Source: Hypanus sabinus (taxonomy: Eukaryota). From it: a stretch of 64,000 nucleotides of DNA. The DNA is taken from assembly GCF_030144855.1 (NCBI RefSeq), contig NW_026781548.1, positions 186,001 through 250,000 on the forward strand. The letters run 5' to 3'. Shown piece after piece: positions 12,950 to 23,529 of this stretch. Each line of letters opens with the position of its first letter. Position 1 is the first letter of the stretch. A model generated the notes under the pieces. The model searched no databases. It saw only the letters and a program-made list of their open reading frames with translations, and was not told where the DNA came from. A program made the position numbers and the translations under genes.

Positions 12950-15178
12950 CTGTGCGAAGGGAAATACATACGATTAACACATATTTGTTTCGCAGGATTC
13001 TCTGAAATCAATTGTTTCAATCGACTGGAACTCCGAGTGTGGAGAATAACATGGAGTTAAATTATCTATAAAGAGATTATCGGGAGACATTATTAAATCG
13101 TTAGTAATTATAATGTGCCTGTTAAAGCTCAGGAGCATGAAGGGAATCTCATTGTAACATTACTAATATTGAGAGGCCGAGATATCGTGGACGTTGAGAG
13201 GGTAGTTTCTGTAGTGGGACAGTCTAAAAATAGAAGACGAGTTTTCAGGATATAAAGATATCACTTTGGAATAGAGATAAATGGATATTATAGAGGTGAA
13301 CTAGAGGTATAATAGAGGTGAAAGATATCACCAGATTAGAACGTCCTTCCGATCGAGTCTAGTGAATTTGTGGTATTACACGCGAGAGACTGCTATGGGG
13401 TCAGTGCATTGGAACCATTGCTGCAGAGAGTGATAGGCTCTTGATTCGTCGGGGCGTCGATTGACATGGGGAGTGGGCTCCAGAATGTAGTTGAGAGTGT
13501 TAATAAATCATTGAATGACAGATAGGGCTCGGTGCTCGAATGGCCGAAGTCAGCTCCCGAGCCCTGTGGACTAAGCAGTGATATCAATCGATGGCTGGAA
13601 TGTATTCTGATCTTTTGTGTCAGAAGACGGATTTGAAAACGGGATGCGATAATGAACTGATGAATGTGCCAAGCATCACTGTTTACAGAAATCAACGTCA
13701 AGCAACTGTTAACACGAGAAAACGTTAGAGCATAAGAACCGAAGAAGAAGGAGCTCGAATAGTCCATCTGTTCGGACTGGCAAGCTCCGCCATTGAAGAT
13801 GATCTGACCTGACTATCGACGTACCTCCATCCACGGCCTTTACCACCAAACCCTGTAATACCAGCACTACGCAATAATTTATCCACTGATGCACTGGGCA
13901 GATAATTCGGCAGGTTCACCAGCCTCTGGTAAATGCAGTTTTTCACCATCTACATCTTAAATTCAGTCTTCAGAAGCATCTGCGTAGGTACTCTAGTTCC
14001 AGTCTTAGCTTCCACTGGAAACAGCTTTCTGCCCGTGTCGTATCTGTCCCTCTCCTAATTTCATACCTTGCCAAAAGATCGTCTCTGATGCTTCTGAATT
14101 TCAATGTGTACCGTCCCACGCAACTCTGACTCGTCTCATCGTCTCGCCACCTCATCTCTGGAATCAAAATGGTGAACCAACTGTAAGGCCAGTAAATCCC
14201 TCCTCCAGTCAGGAGACCAGACGCGCACGCCGTACGTCAGCGACCTCCTCACCAGTGACTTGTGCGGTTGAAGCATAATCTACTTACTCTTAAATTCATA
14301 ACTGTTACAATGAAGAATAATATCCCGTTTACCTATTGTTAGCCCGCCGCTGCTGCAAACTAATCTTTTGTGATTGAAGAACAAACACTCTAAAGTCCCT
14401 CCACACGGCAACATACTGCAATCGTTTACCACTTAATCATATTCTGTTCTTCCATTTGTCCTTCCCAGGTAGATGACCGTGCCTTTAGCAATATTGTCCC
14501 CCATCCGCCGAGACGCGAATATTTCCTCTGAAACAATCGACATCCTTCTGTCGGCTGGCAGATTCCACTGCACTACTTGTGCAGGCGGAAGATCGTGGCA
14601 GTAATGATGGCCACGTGACCTCCTTCTTTTTCACAGCTGGGGCTTTGAGGTATTTACTTATATATTAATTAATTAATTTATTCACTCATTCATCATTAAT
14701 TAATTAATTGATTAATTCATTCCAGAGATGCAGTCCCCTCCAGCAAGCTTCGAGATAGCTGAATTATCCTCCCATGTCCCAAATGGACTGTGGAACATAA
14801 ATCACCGGAAGCATGTATATGCTTCTCAAAGGGTCCTGATGTAATTTGCCCGAATCCTGCCGGGATTGGAAGGCACTCATTGTGAGGAGAGGCTGTGACA
14901 GCTCGGACTTGCTTCTCTGGGAGTGGATGTGCTTGTGAGGTCACTTTGTTGCAGTGTTTGGGAGACGAAGAGGCAAATATAACTTTTGCCTGACAGAGAA
15001 GTTACCCGGACGCCGACAACCTCAATGCTGGAGAGGGAACGCCTGTAATGCAATCAGCCGATGTTTGCTTTCGCGGTACCGGTTTGAGAGACGGGGCATG
15101 CAATGAGACGACAGGCATTAAAGATAAGTTGAATTTTCCTCTTCAATGTTAATCACGAGGAAGGGGCCAAGCATTTAC

Positions 15179-15347
15179 CAGGAACAGCTACAAGGGCGAG
15201 GACAGGGTAGTAAATCGGTTGGATGGTCACAAGTGCCTAAGTGATACGTAAATCCAACGACAGCTTTTCATAATTTAAAGAAAGATAATCATTGGCCCAG
15301 AAAATATTTTTCGAAATTCCCGCATCATTTCGCAGATTACGATTCAC
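15179..15347 (-). pseudogene. GPCR copy A proximal exon 1 (A'), inactivated
   Basis: Homologous to the other first exons (...QPIYYPVLALVAVP G|GTAAAT donor at 15178). The start codon is GTG instead of ATG (15347-15345), and there is an in-frame TAG at 15239-15237 where copy D has CAG. Confidence 0.88.
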
Positions 15348-15464
15348 TGCTGGGATAGTCCAGGTTCCTGTTCCCTATTCAACCTCTGTCCTCTCTCTAT
15401 CTGGAGCCCGCTGGTCTCCGATAGCGCAGATTGGCGGCTTCACCGAAACTGCCGTTGTGAGCGA

Positions 15465-15570
15465 GACATGTTAATAGAACAGGTAACCAGCAGCCACACC
15501 TCCACAGTGACGTCGACAATCCCCACGGATACATCTTTAATTAGGTTGTACGGAATGACAGGTGCAGTTA
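15465..15570 (-). promoter_or_regulatory. Duplicated GPCR promoter block (CRE-like plus TATA-like)
   Basis: TGACGTC at 15508-15514 and an AT-rich tattaa motif near 15471-15476. The same block occurs upstream of all five first exons. Confidence 0.55.
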
Positions 15571-15879
15571 ACCCTTTATTTCAAGACTGTCAGCGAAGAG
15601 ATACAAAAGCAGGTTGGAAAAATATCTAATTATCCCTGCAGCCGGCTGTCCACGGCTGTGTCTGTAAACGGTCACAAAATCGGGAAACTTATGGACACGC
15701 GGCGTGAAACTGATATGCAAACAGTGTGGAAATGAAGATATATAGGGCAAATAAAATAAATAAGGAATAACGATGAGATATACATGTTAAAATAATTATT
15801 GCATAGATTGTTCTTAAAATAATATTTGCAGTTAGATTGAAAAAGATATCGAGTTAGATAATTCCAAAATAATCCAGTT

Positions 15880-17870
15880 CTGGCTGGGTGCCGGTTAACA
15901 GTGGAGTTCCACAGGGCGCAGAGTTGGGACAGCCGCCTTCTTGAGATAAATGTCAACAATTTGGTCTGCGGTATTAACGCATTTGTGGCTAAATTAGCCG
16001 ATGATAGAAAGATAGTTGGAGGAGCGTGTCAAGGAAACAGAGAGCCTGCAGACAGACAGTAAGTTTAGGAGAATAAGCAAAGAGGTGGCAGTGAAGTAGA
16101 GTGTTGGAATGTGCATAGTGAGATTGAGATAGCTCGATTCGAAAACAAATCCCGGTTGGTTTTGCTGCTGTGTAATATGCAACCCTGTTACAAACTCCTG
16201 ACGTGAAATAACACACGGTATACAATTCAAGAAATTATATTTTAGGATCTAAACTAAACTAAAGGATTATAAAGGAGGAAGAAAAATAATAAAGCCTATT
16301 CTAATTATCAGTCAAATTGGGAAAATTTGTTTTATGGGAAGGATGTAATAGAGAAATGGAAATCACTTAAAGTTGAAATTTTGAGGGTACAGAATCTTTA
16401 TGTTCCTGGTAGTTTGAAAGGAAAGATTAAAAGTTTGAGAGCGTCATGGATTTCAAGCCATATTGGAAATTTGGTTCGGAATAAGAGGGAGATCTACATA
16501 GATATAGGCAGCATGGAGTAAATGAGTTGCTCGAGGAATATAAAGAATGTAAAAAGAATCTTTAGATATAAATTAGAAAACTTGAAAGAAGATACGAGGT
16601 TGATTTGCCAAGTAAGGTGAAGATAAATTCCAAGGGTTACTATAGCTATATTAAAAACAAAAGGATAGTGAGCGATACAACTGGTCACTTAGAGAATCAG
16701 AGTTAAAATATATTTTCTTCGGTATTCATTTAGGAGAAGGATATTGACTTGTGTAAGGCAAGGGAAACACGTAGGGAAGTTAAGGAAACTATGACAATTA
16801 AAGAGGAGGAAGTACTGGCGCTTGAAAGGAATATCAAAGTGGATAAATCTCCGGATACTGACAAGATATTCCCTCGGACTGTCAGTGAATTTTGTGAAGA
16901 AATAGCAGGGGCTTTGACAGATTTTTTTTAAATGTCATTGGAAACGGGGATGGTGCCGGAGGACAGGGATATTGCTCATGTGGTTCCATTGTTTAAAATG
17001 GGTTCTAAGTGTAAACCTAGCAATTATAGGCATGTGAGTTTGACATCAGTGGTGGATAAATTGATGGAAAGGATTCTTCGAGATGGTATATATAATTAAC
17101 TGCATAGACATGGTCTGATTAGGAATAGCATGGATTTGTGCGTGGAAGTTCATGTTTGACAAATCTTATTGATTCTTTTAAAGAGGTTAAGAGGAAAACT
17201 GACGAGGGTAAAGCAGTGGATGCTGTCTATCTGCACTTCAGTTAGGCCATTGACAAGGCTCCGCTCGGAAGGTAAGTTAGGAAGGTTCAATCGTTAGGTA
17301 TTAATATTGAAGTTGTAAAATGGATTCACCAGTGGCTGGTTGGGAGATGACGGAGTGTAGATGTGGATAATCGTTTGTCAGGTTGAAAGCCGGTGACTAG
17401 TGGTGTGCCTCAGGTGTCTGTATTTGGACCAATTGCGTTTGTCATATACATTAAAGATCTGGATGATGGGGTGGTATATTGAATTAGTAAGTTTGCAGAG
17501 GTTCTAAGGTAGGTGTTATTCTGGAGAATGAAGTAGGTTTTCAAAGTTTGCAGAGAGAATTAGGCCAGTTAGAAGAGTGGGCTGAACGATGGCAGATGGA
17601 ATTTAATATCTGATACGTATGAGGTGCTACATTTTGTTAGTAATAATCCAAATAGGACATACATGTTGAATGGTAGGGCATTGCAGAATGCAGTAGATCA
17701 GAGTGAACTTGGAATAATGGTGCATAATTCCATGAAGGTGGAATCTCAAGTGGATACAGTAGTGAAGAATGCTTTAGGTATGCTGGCCTTTATAAATCAG
17801 AGCATTGGGTACAGGATTTGGGATGTAAAGTTAAAATTGTACAAGACATTGGTAAAGCCGTACGACCCGT
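15880..17870 (+). mobile_element. CR1-clade LINE ORF2 fragments lying between the two first exons of GPCR A
   Basis: SGVPQG / KxADD RT motifs near 15890-16020. A longer ORF2 segment at 16290-17870 has tether, GRSCLTNL, SGVPQ and YKTLVxP motifs. Confidence 0.85.
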
Positions 17871-18131
17871 CTGCAACCACACTTTCACTTCTGTGGGCAA
17901 GCCAGTTGCAGATCCACAAAGCAATTTCCTCTTTCCTCCCATGTCTCCATATTTTTTTCAATAAGCCTTTCATGCAGCATCTTATCAAATGCATTCAGCC
18001 GATATTTGCTGAAGCGATACCCATTTGAGAGACCTGCCTAGCGATTAGCGTGTCGTTTGAGGACAAGTATGAAAGAGAAGCTGGCTTATATGTTTTGAAC
18101 GTTAGTCAAGAGGAAGAGACTACACACTTAC

Positions 18132-18276
18132 CAGGAACAGCTACAATTGCGAGTACGGTGTAGTAAACCAATTGTAAATTCCTTAGCGCTTGCGTGATTC
18201 GAATATCCAATTCCCAGGAATAGAACTTCGCGATTCCCGAGGCGTTCAGCGCTGCATTTCGCAGATTATGATCCAT
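18132..18276 (-). CDS. GPCR copy A distal exon 1 (intact; MDHNLRNAALNASGIAKFYSWELDIRITQALRNLQLVYYTVLAIVAVP)
   Basis: ATG at 18276 and 145 nt (48 codons plus 1 nt). Canonical G|GTAAGT donor at 18131. In frame with exon 2 at 12949. About 9-12 codons shorter than the paralogous first exons. Confidence 0.85.
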
Positions 18277-18394
18277 TGCTGGGATACTCCAGCTACCTGT
18301 TCCCGATCCAGCCTCCGTCCTCTCTCTGTCTAGATCCCGCTGGTCTCAGACAGCAGAGAGTAGCGGCACTCACTGAGACTGTCGTGGTAGTGGA

Positions 18395-18500
18395 TACATA
18401 TTAATAGAACAGGTAACGAGCAGCCGCAGCTCCGCGGTGACGTCGACAATCCCCACGGACACTCACTTAGTTAAGTTCTACGGAGTGACAGGTGCAGTTA
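18395..18500 (-). promoter_or_regulatory. Duplicated GPCR promoter block (CRE-like plus TATA-like)
   Basis: TGACGTC at 18438-18444 and tattaat near 18399-18405. The same flanking tccgtgggg and taactgcac motifs occur in the other copies. Confidence 0.55.
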
Positions 18501-18819
18501 ACCCTTTATTTGCAGTCATTCAGTGAAGCAACACAGACACAGACTGGAAGTGTATCCAATATTCGCAGCAAATGGCTGCCACCGACGTGTTCTGTGTCTG
18601 TAAACAGACACAAAATTGAGACTCGCAGCCAGACACTGACATACAACCAATCTGTAAATGAAGGTACACGCAGCAAAAGAAAGAAAACAATAATGATGAT
18701 ATAAACAGATACAATATTTATTGCAAAGATATTTCTTAAAATTTTGGTTGCATAGGTACATTATGAATACAACCGAGTTAAATAATTTCGCAATCATAAT
18801 TATAAGATAAAGGGTTTTG

Positions 18820-19262
18820 ACCAGCGGCCAGTTGCGACGTCGGGTGAGTCAGGAAGAGAGGACTTTAATCAGCCCGGGTATAAAAAGCGACAGCGGTTCC
18901 TTACATTGAAAAACAGCTTTGACCAGAGTCCATGTGACATTTACCTTTGATCAGCAAGAGAAAGACAGAGTCAAATGCAGAAGGCATCGTCTGAATGGAC
19001 CGTCAAGCAGGTGATCTTCTGGCTTCTGCTCGCCGAGGCGTCAGCTCAGGGCGGCTTCAGTCAAAGTAGGCAAAAGAAAGGAAAAACACTTGGCTTTCTT
19101 TTTCAGTCCATTCTTCATATCTAATCAGTTGGGATAACAGAGATGCCAGGCAGGATAGCTGAATGCTCTTCTTGCAGGGTCTGGGAAAGCCTGGAGATCT
19201 CTAGTGACCTTAATGATTACAACTGCGAGAGCTGCCCTTATCTACAATTTCTAACAATCCGC
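18820..19262 (+). mobile_element. CR1 5' UTR and ORF1 N-terminus, head-to-head with the GPCR A promoter
   Basis: MPGRIAECSSCRVWE...DYNCESC..LQFLTIR is the Cys-rich CR1 ORF1 start. Reverse complement of the 22090-22650 and 37330-37890 blocks. Confidence 0.75.
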
Positions 19263-19267
19263 ACCAG

Positions 19268-20410
19268 TACTTTTCAACCTTTACTTCATTCAAGTACTAA
19301 TGCATGCCGTCAGAGACCTAGACCTGAGCATTTGTATCAAATACCACCTGGACGGGTCACTCTTTGAACTAAGTCGTCTTGCAGCACACACAAAAACCCT
19401 CCGAATGTTTTTCACCGAAGCGCTTTTTGCATATGACTGCGCACTCATGGTACACCAAGTGGACCACCTATAAACAATGGTCAGCAGATTCTCCGCCGCA
19501 TCTAAATTGTGTTGCTTGACAATGAGCCTCGGTATCATAGAGGTCCCCTTGCAGCCTGCATCTAATAGAGACACCCCTCCCCCTAGAGCCATGCATCACC
19601 ATCGATGACAAACAGCTCAGAACGTTGACGACTTCAAATACCTGGGGTGCACCATCTCCAGCGACGGTGCCCTTGATAAGGAAATCACGTCAAGGTTCCT
19701 GAAAGCAAGCCGGGCACTCGGAAGGCTCCAGGTCAAAGTTCTGCAGCACAAAGACTTTCGCCTCTCTTTGAACCTGAAGATTTACAGTGCTGTCGTGCTC
19801 TCATCCCTTTTATATGGCTGTGAAACCTGGAAACTGTTTCGAAGACAGACATCGCAAACAGCTTGAACAATCCTACAATCGCGCTTTGCGATCAATCATA
19901 CAAATCCGCTGGCAAGACCGTATCTCCTACCTGAATTTCCTGGACCAAGACAATTCTACAAGCATTAAAGCCAAGGTTTTGAAGGCTCAACTCAGATGGA
20001 CCGGCCATGTGATCCGCACGGATGAGTCCAGAATGCCGCGCCAGTTGTTTTACGAGAACTGGAGCAGGGCTACCGTGTCCAAGGTCGCCCAAGGAAGAGG
20101 TACAGGGATAACCTCAAGTCAAAAGTTGGCCAAACTCTCGCCCGGCGATCTCCAACGCACTGCTGCTGATCGGTCCAAGTGGCGCAAACTATGCTCCAAT
20201 GCAGCAAACAACTTCCAATTGACTGGCGCACGCAGCGGCTGAAGGCGAGACAAGAGTGACACAGGCAGGTATCCGCTCCTGCCCCAACAGGCGGTATTCC
20301 TGGCGCCATCTGCAACCGTATCTGCGCTTCGGACTTCTGCCTCAAACGTTAACTGCGCAACACATTCGTCTTCCTCGGACATCGAGAGACTACTACTACT
20401 ACTACTACTA
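19268..20410 (+). mobile_element. RTE (BovB-like) LINE 3' fragment
   Basis: Contains LFNLYF, ALFAxDCAL, FKYLGCTISSDG and SLLYGCETW. C-terminal CNRICASDF Cys/His-like motif. Ends in a (CTA)n tail at ~20390-20410. Confidence 0.88.
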
Positions 20411-20712
20411 ATACTCGACATTTTCATCCCAGGCTAACGCCAGAGAGTCTCCAACACCTGGCAAATGCAGAATGGTTGGCCTCTTCCGCTACCCCCTGTC
20501 CGCAATCGTTGGACCAAACTTGACTGGGTGCCGTGCCCTGAAGCTTCTTGTACTGTATCAGCCGAGCCGGAAGAGAGTCCTTTTTCAAAAGTCTGTCTGA
20601 CTGTCCATTCCCAACGGTCGGGCCTCAGGTGGCGCTATGATTCACGGTCCCAGAGACTCCATTCACCGGGCAATTTATAATGACCAATTAACCTGACTCA
20701 AGGAGCAAACTA

Positions 20713-20714
<2 letters not shown>

Positions 20715-20770
<56 letters not shown>
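20715..20770 (+). repeat. (GA)n microsatellite
   Basis: Uninterrupted GA run seen directly. Confidence 0.98.
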
Positions 20771-20772
<2 letters not shown>

Positions 20773-21179
20773 AGCATCTTCACTTTGTATCACTGCGTTT
20801 CCACAATGAAGAACCGATTGCCAATTACTCAGAGAAATTATGTTTTACGTGATAAACGGCGGAGTCATCGATTAGCCGCCGGGTGTGAAAGCACAGGATG
20901 CTTTAAATATTTTGGATAGTCAATCGGCCCCTGGCGAATTTCCTTCTCTTTCTCTGGAACGAAAGGATTATGGGTGCCTTCTTGATAACGGAGCAGCTGG
21001 ACATTTCGGAATGTTGTTGTGTTTTTTTTTCCCTTGGACCAGAGACTAGATACAGCGTTCAAGATTCCTAATTCTGGTTTGAAGCAGATGTGACACGTTG
21101 ACATCTGGTTCTTGTACGAGAGTGGATAACAACGCTCACCGCACCGCTGATAAATCCTGAACCACACACGCTCATTTCT

Positions 21180-21830
21180 CAATTGTTCGCAGCTTTCGGC
21201 ATATTTAGACGTGCTTAGTGCTGCAGATTTCTTCAACATTATATAAATATTTTAATGTATGGGTAATATTTTAATGCTTTTTTAATGGCAAGGATGACAC
21301 TCGTTACAAATATTACTTTCGGAGCAATATTAATCACATTCATGTGTCACCCGCTTTCACCTTCCTCTTTTAAGTCAGCATATTGTGGTGTTTCTCCTGG
21401 CATTGATATGTGCATGTTATCTGTGTTCCCAATGGCTCTATCTATTGATTAACTTGTTCTTTGTCTATCCTGTGTTATTTTATCGAGACTGTTCGTATGA
21501 ATTTCCCTGTCTGTAATCACTAATCGGTCCTTATGCAATTTTTAGGAATCAGACACATTTATTTATAGTAAGGTGTTTTGTCTTTTCTCTTTCTTCGTAG
21601 CTGGTGAAACATCAATTCCGGACAATAGCCGCCTTTTCAATGTCCCATCGACTTTCAGATTCCCCTTTTTTTTCAGCACATTTCTGTTGTTTTTCAGATA
21701 TTTATTTCTGTATGCTTTCGGCGTTCCGAAAGACAAAATACATTAAATAAATTGTTGTGGTTGATCTATCATGTGTTATTTTATCCGGACGGTTATTACG
21801 CATTGTCCCATCTGTAATATCGTGGCCTTC
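21180..21830 (-). mobile_element. R4/Dong-like RLE relic, two tandem fragments
   Basis: Minus translation gives ITDGTMRNNRPDKITHDR...IQK*ISEKQQK, and then again ITDREIH...YADLKEE...APKVIFVT. Confidence 0.65.
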
Positions 21831-22089
21831 TAAGATAAGATTAATGAATATCCTATCAACACATCGGGACTTTCACACTGCCGCCCCCCTACAAAACACA
21901 CAAGAACACCGCTCAACGTCCACTTCCCTTCGGAGTCACGGAGGCAATCTTAGTGCCTGAGACCTGACCATTATAACTGAACAATGTCAGGTGATTCTCC
22001 CACCCCCAAAATCCGCGACGGCATCCACATCGTTGAGGGAGATGATCTCATGGGATCTCTGCACTGCGCCATTCAGCGCTTTCTCCTTC

Positions 22090-22650
22090 CAGAATGTCGC
22101 ACGGTCTACTCTGCCCTGCGCCCTGTGTGTAATTCCCTCTCTGTATGTCCTGTCTGTCACCACTTAAGTCTCCCGAATGACCTGTTCATCCATTTCCAGC
22201 TCCACCTCCTTAACGCGGAATAACAGAAGCTGCAGCTGAACGCAGTTCTCGCAGCTGTCGTCGTCACCGTTCCTGGAGTTCACTCGGCCAATCCAGATCT
22301 CGCAAGAGGAGCATTCAACTATCCTGCGTGGCATCTCTGTTATCCCAGCTGATCAGATATAAAGAAGCGAAGGGAGAAAACATCTTAGCAAAGTAATTTT
22401 CTTTTCATTGCCTACTTTGTCTGAAGCCGCCCTGAGCTGACACCTCGGCGATCAGAAACCTGAAGATCAGTTGCTTGACGGTCCATTCAGACGATCGTTC
22501 CAGCATTTGCCCCTGCTGTCATCTTGCAGATCGACCACAAACGCCGCCGGGCCGCTGGACAAAGCAGCTTTTGACTTCACCCGCTGCCGACATTTATACC
22601 CGTGCTGACTAATGTCGTCTCTTCCCAAAACACGCGAAGACCAGGTTGGC
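22090..22650 (-). mobile_element. CR1 5' UTR and ORF1 N-terminus upstream of GPCR B
   Basis: Reverse complement of the 18820-19262 block. Shares gacggtccattcagacg and gaagccgccctgagctga. Confidence 0.75.
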
Positions 22651-22979
22651 CGCTGGTCAAAACGGTGCTTTTGAAAATCATTATTTTGGAATTATCTCAC
22701 TCGATATAATTTTCGAACTGCCCATGAAACTATATTATTAACAACTATCTGTGCAATAATTATTTTGATCTGTTTAATTCATCATTATTATTTTTTTATT
22801 TGCTGCATGTGTCTTACTTTTCAAACCCTCTGCATATCCATGTCTAGGTGTGTGTCAATATGTTTTCTCAATTTTGCGTACATTTACACGCATGGCCAAA
22901 TCCGTGGACAGCCGACAACTGGGACTATTAGATTTCCAATCTGCCTTTGTATCGCTTCTCTGACGGTCTGAAAAAAAGT

Positions 22980-23085
22980 GTTAACTGCACGTGTTATTGC
23001 GTAGAATCTAATTAAAGGTGTGTCCGTGGGGATGTCGACGTCACCGCGGAGGTGTGGCTACTTGTTACCTGGTGTATTAATATGA
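22980..23085 (+). promoter_or_regulatory. Duplicated GPCR promoter block
   Basis: taactgcac...tccgtgggg...GACGTCA (23037-23043)...TATTAAT (23075-23081), about 130-170 nt upstream of the ATG. Confidence 0.55.
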
Positions 23086-23208
23086 ACGGTATCCCACACA
23101 ACAACTGCTTCTGTGAAAGCCGCCAGTCTGCACGATCAGAGACTAGCAGCTGCAAAGAGAGAGAAGACTGACGCCGGACTGTGAACAGGAACCTCGGCTA
23201 TTCCAAAA

Positions 23209-23389
23209 ATGGATCATAATCTTCGAAGTACATCGCACAATGCGACGGGAATGGCGAAGAACATGTTCGGACACATTCAATATCTTCTTGAAAATTACAA
23301 AGCGCTGACGTTGGACTCTCGATTCAGTGTTGTGCTTATGATATTCAAACTGGTTTACTACCCTGTGCTCGCCATTGTAGCTACCCCTG
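23209..23389 (+). CDS. GPCR copy B exon 1 (MDHNLRSTSHNATG...KLVYYPVLAIVATP)
   Basis: ATG at 23209 and 181 nt. N-glycosylation sequon NAT. G|GTAAGT donor at 23390, phase 1. Confidence 0.92.
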
Positions 23390-23529
23390 GTAAGTGTCTC
23401 GTCTCTTCCTCATAACTACGTTGAAAAATATGTCAGGTTTTCTTTCATACCTGTCCTCTAACGACATGGTAACAGCAAGGCAGGTCTTTCCAAGTTGTAT
23501 CGCTTCAGCAAATATCGGCTGAGTGTATT

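Noticed and set aside
12027-12980. ORF-track starts for the GPCRs (12980, 26939, 41788, 48646) taken as the true N-termini
   Set aside because: They begin inside the intron upstream of conserved ctgcacAG/cgcacAG acceptors (some at GTG). The real N-termini come from the spliced first exons.
15503-15509. CACAGTG heptamer in the GPCR A' promoter as a possible RSS
   Set aside because: No nonamer at 12 or 23 nt, and the paralogous promoters read CGCGGTG.
19390-19398. Perfect nonamer ACAAAAACC
   Set aside because: It lies inside the RTE element with no heptamer at 12- or 23-nt spacing.
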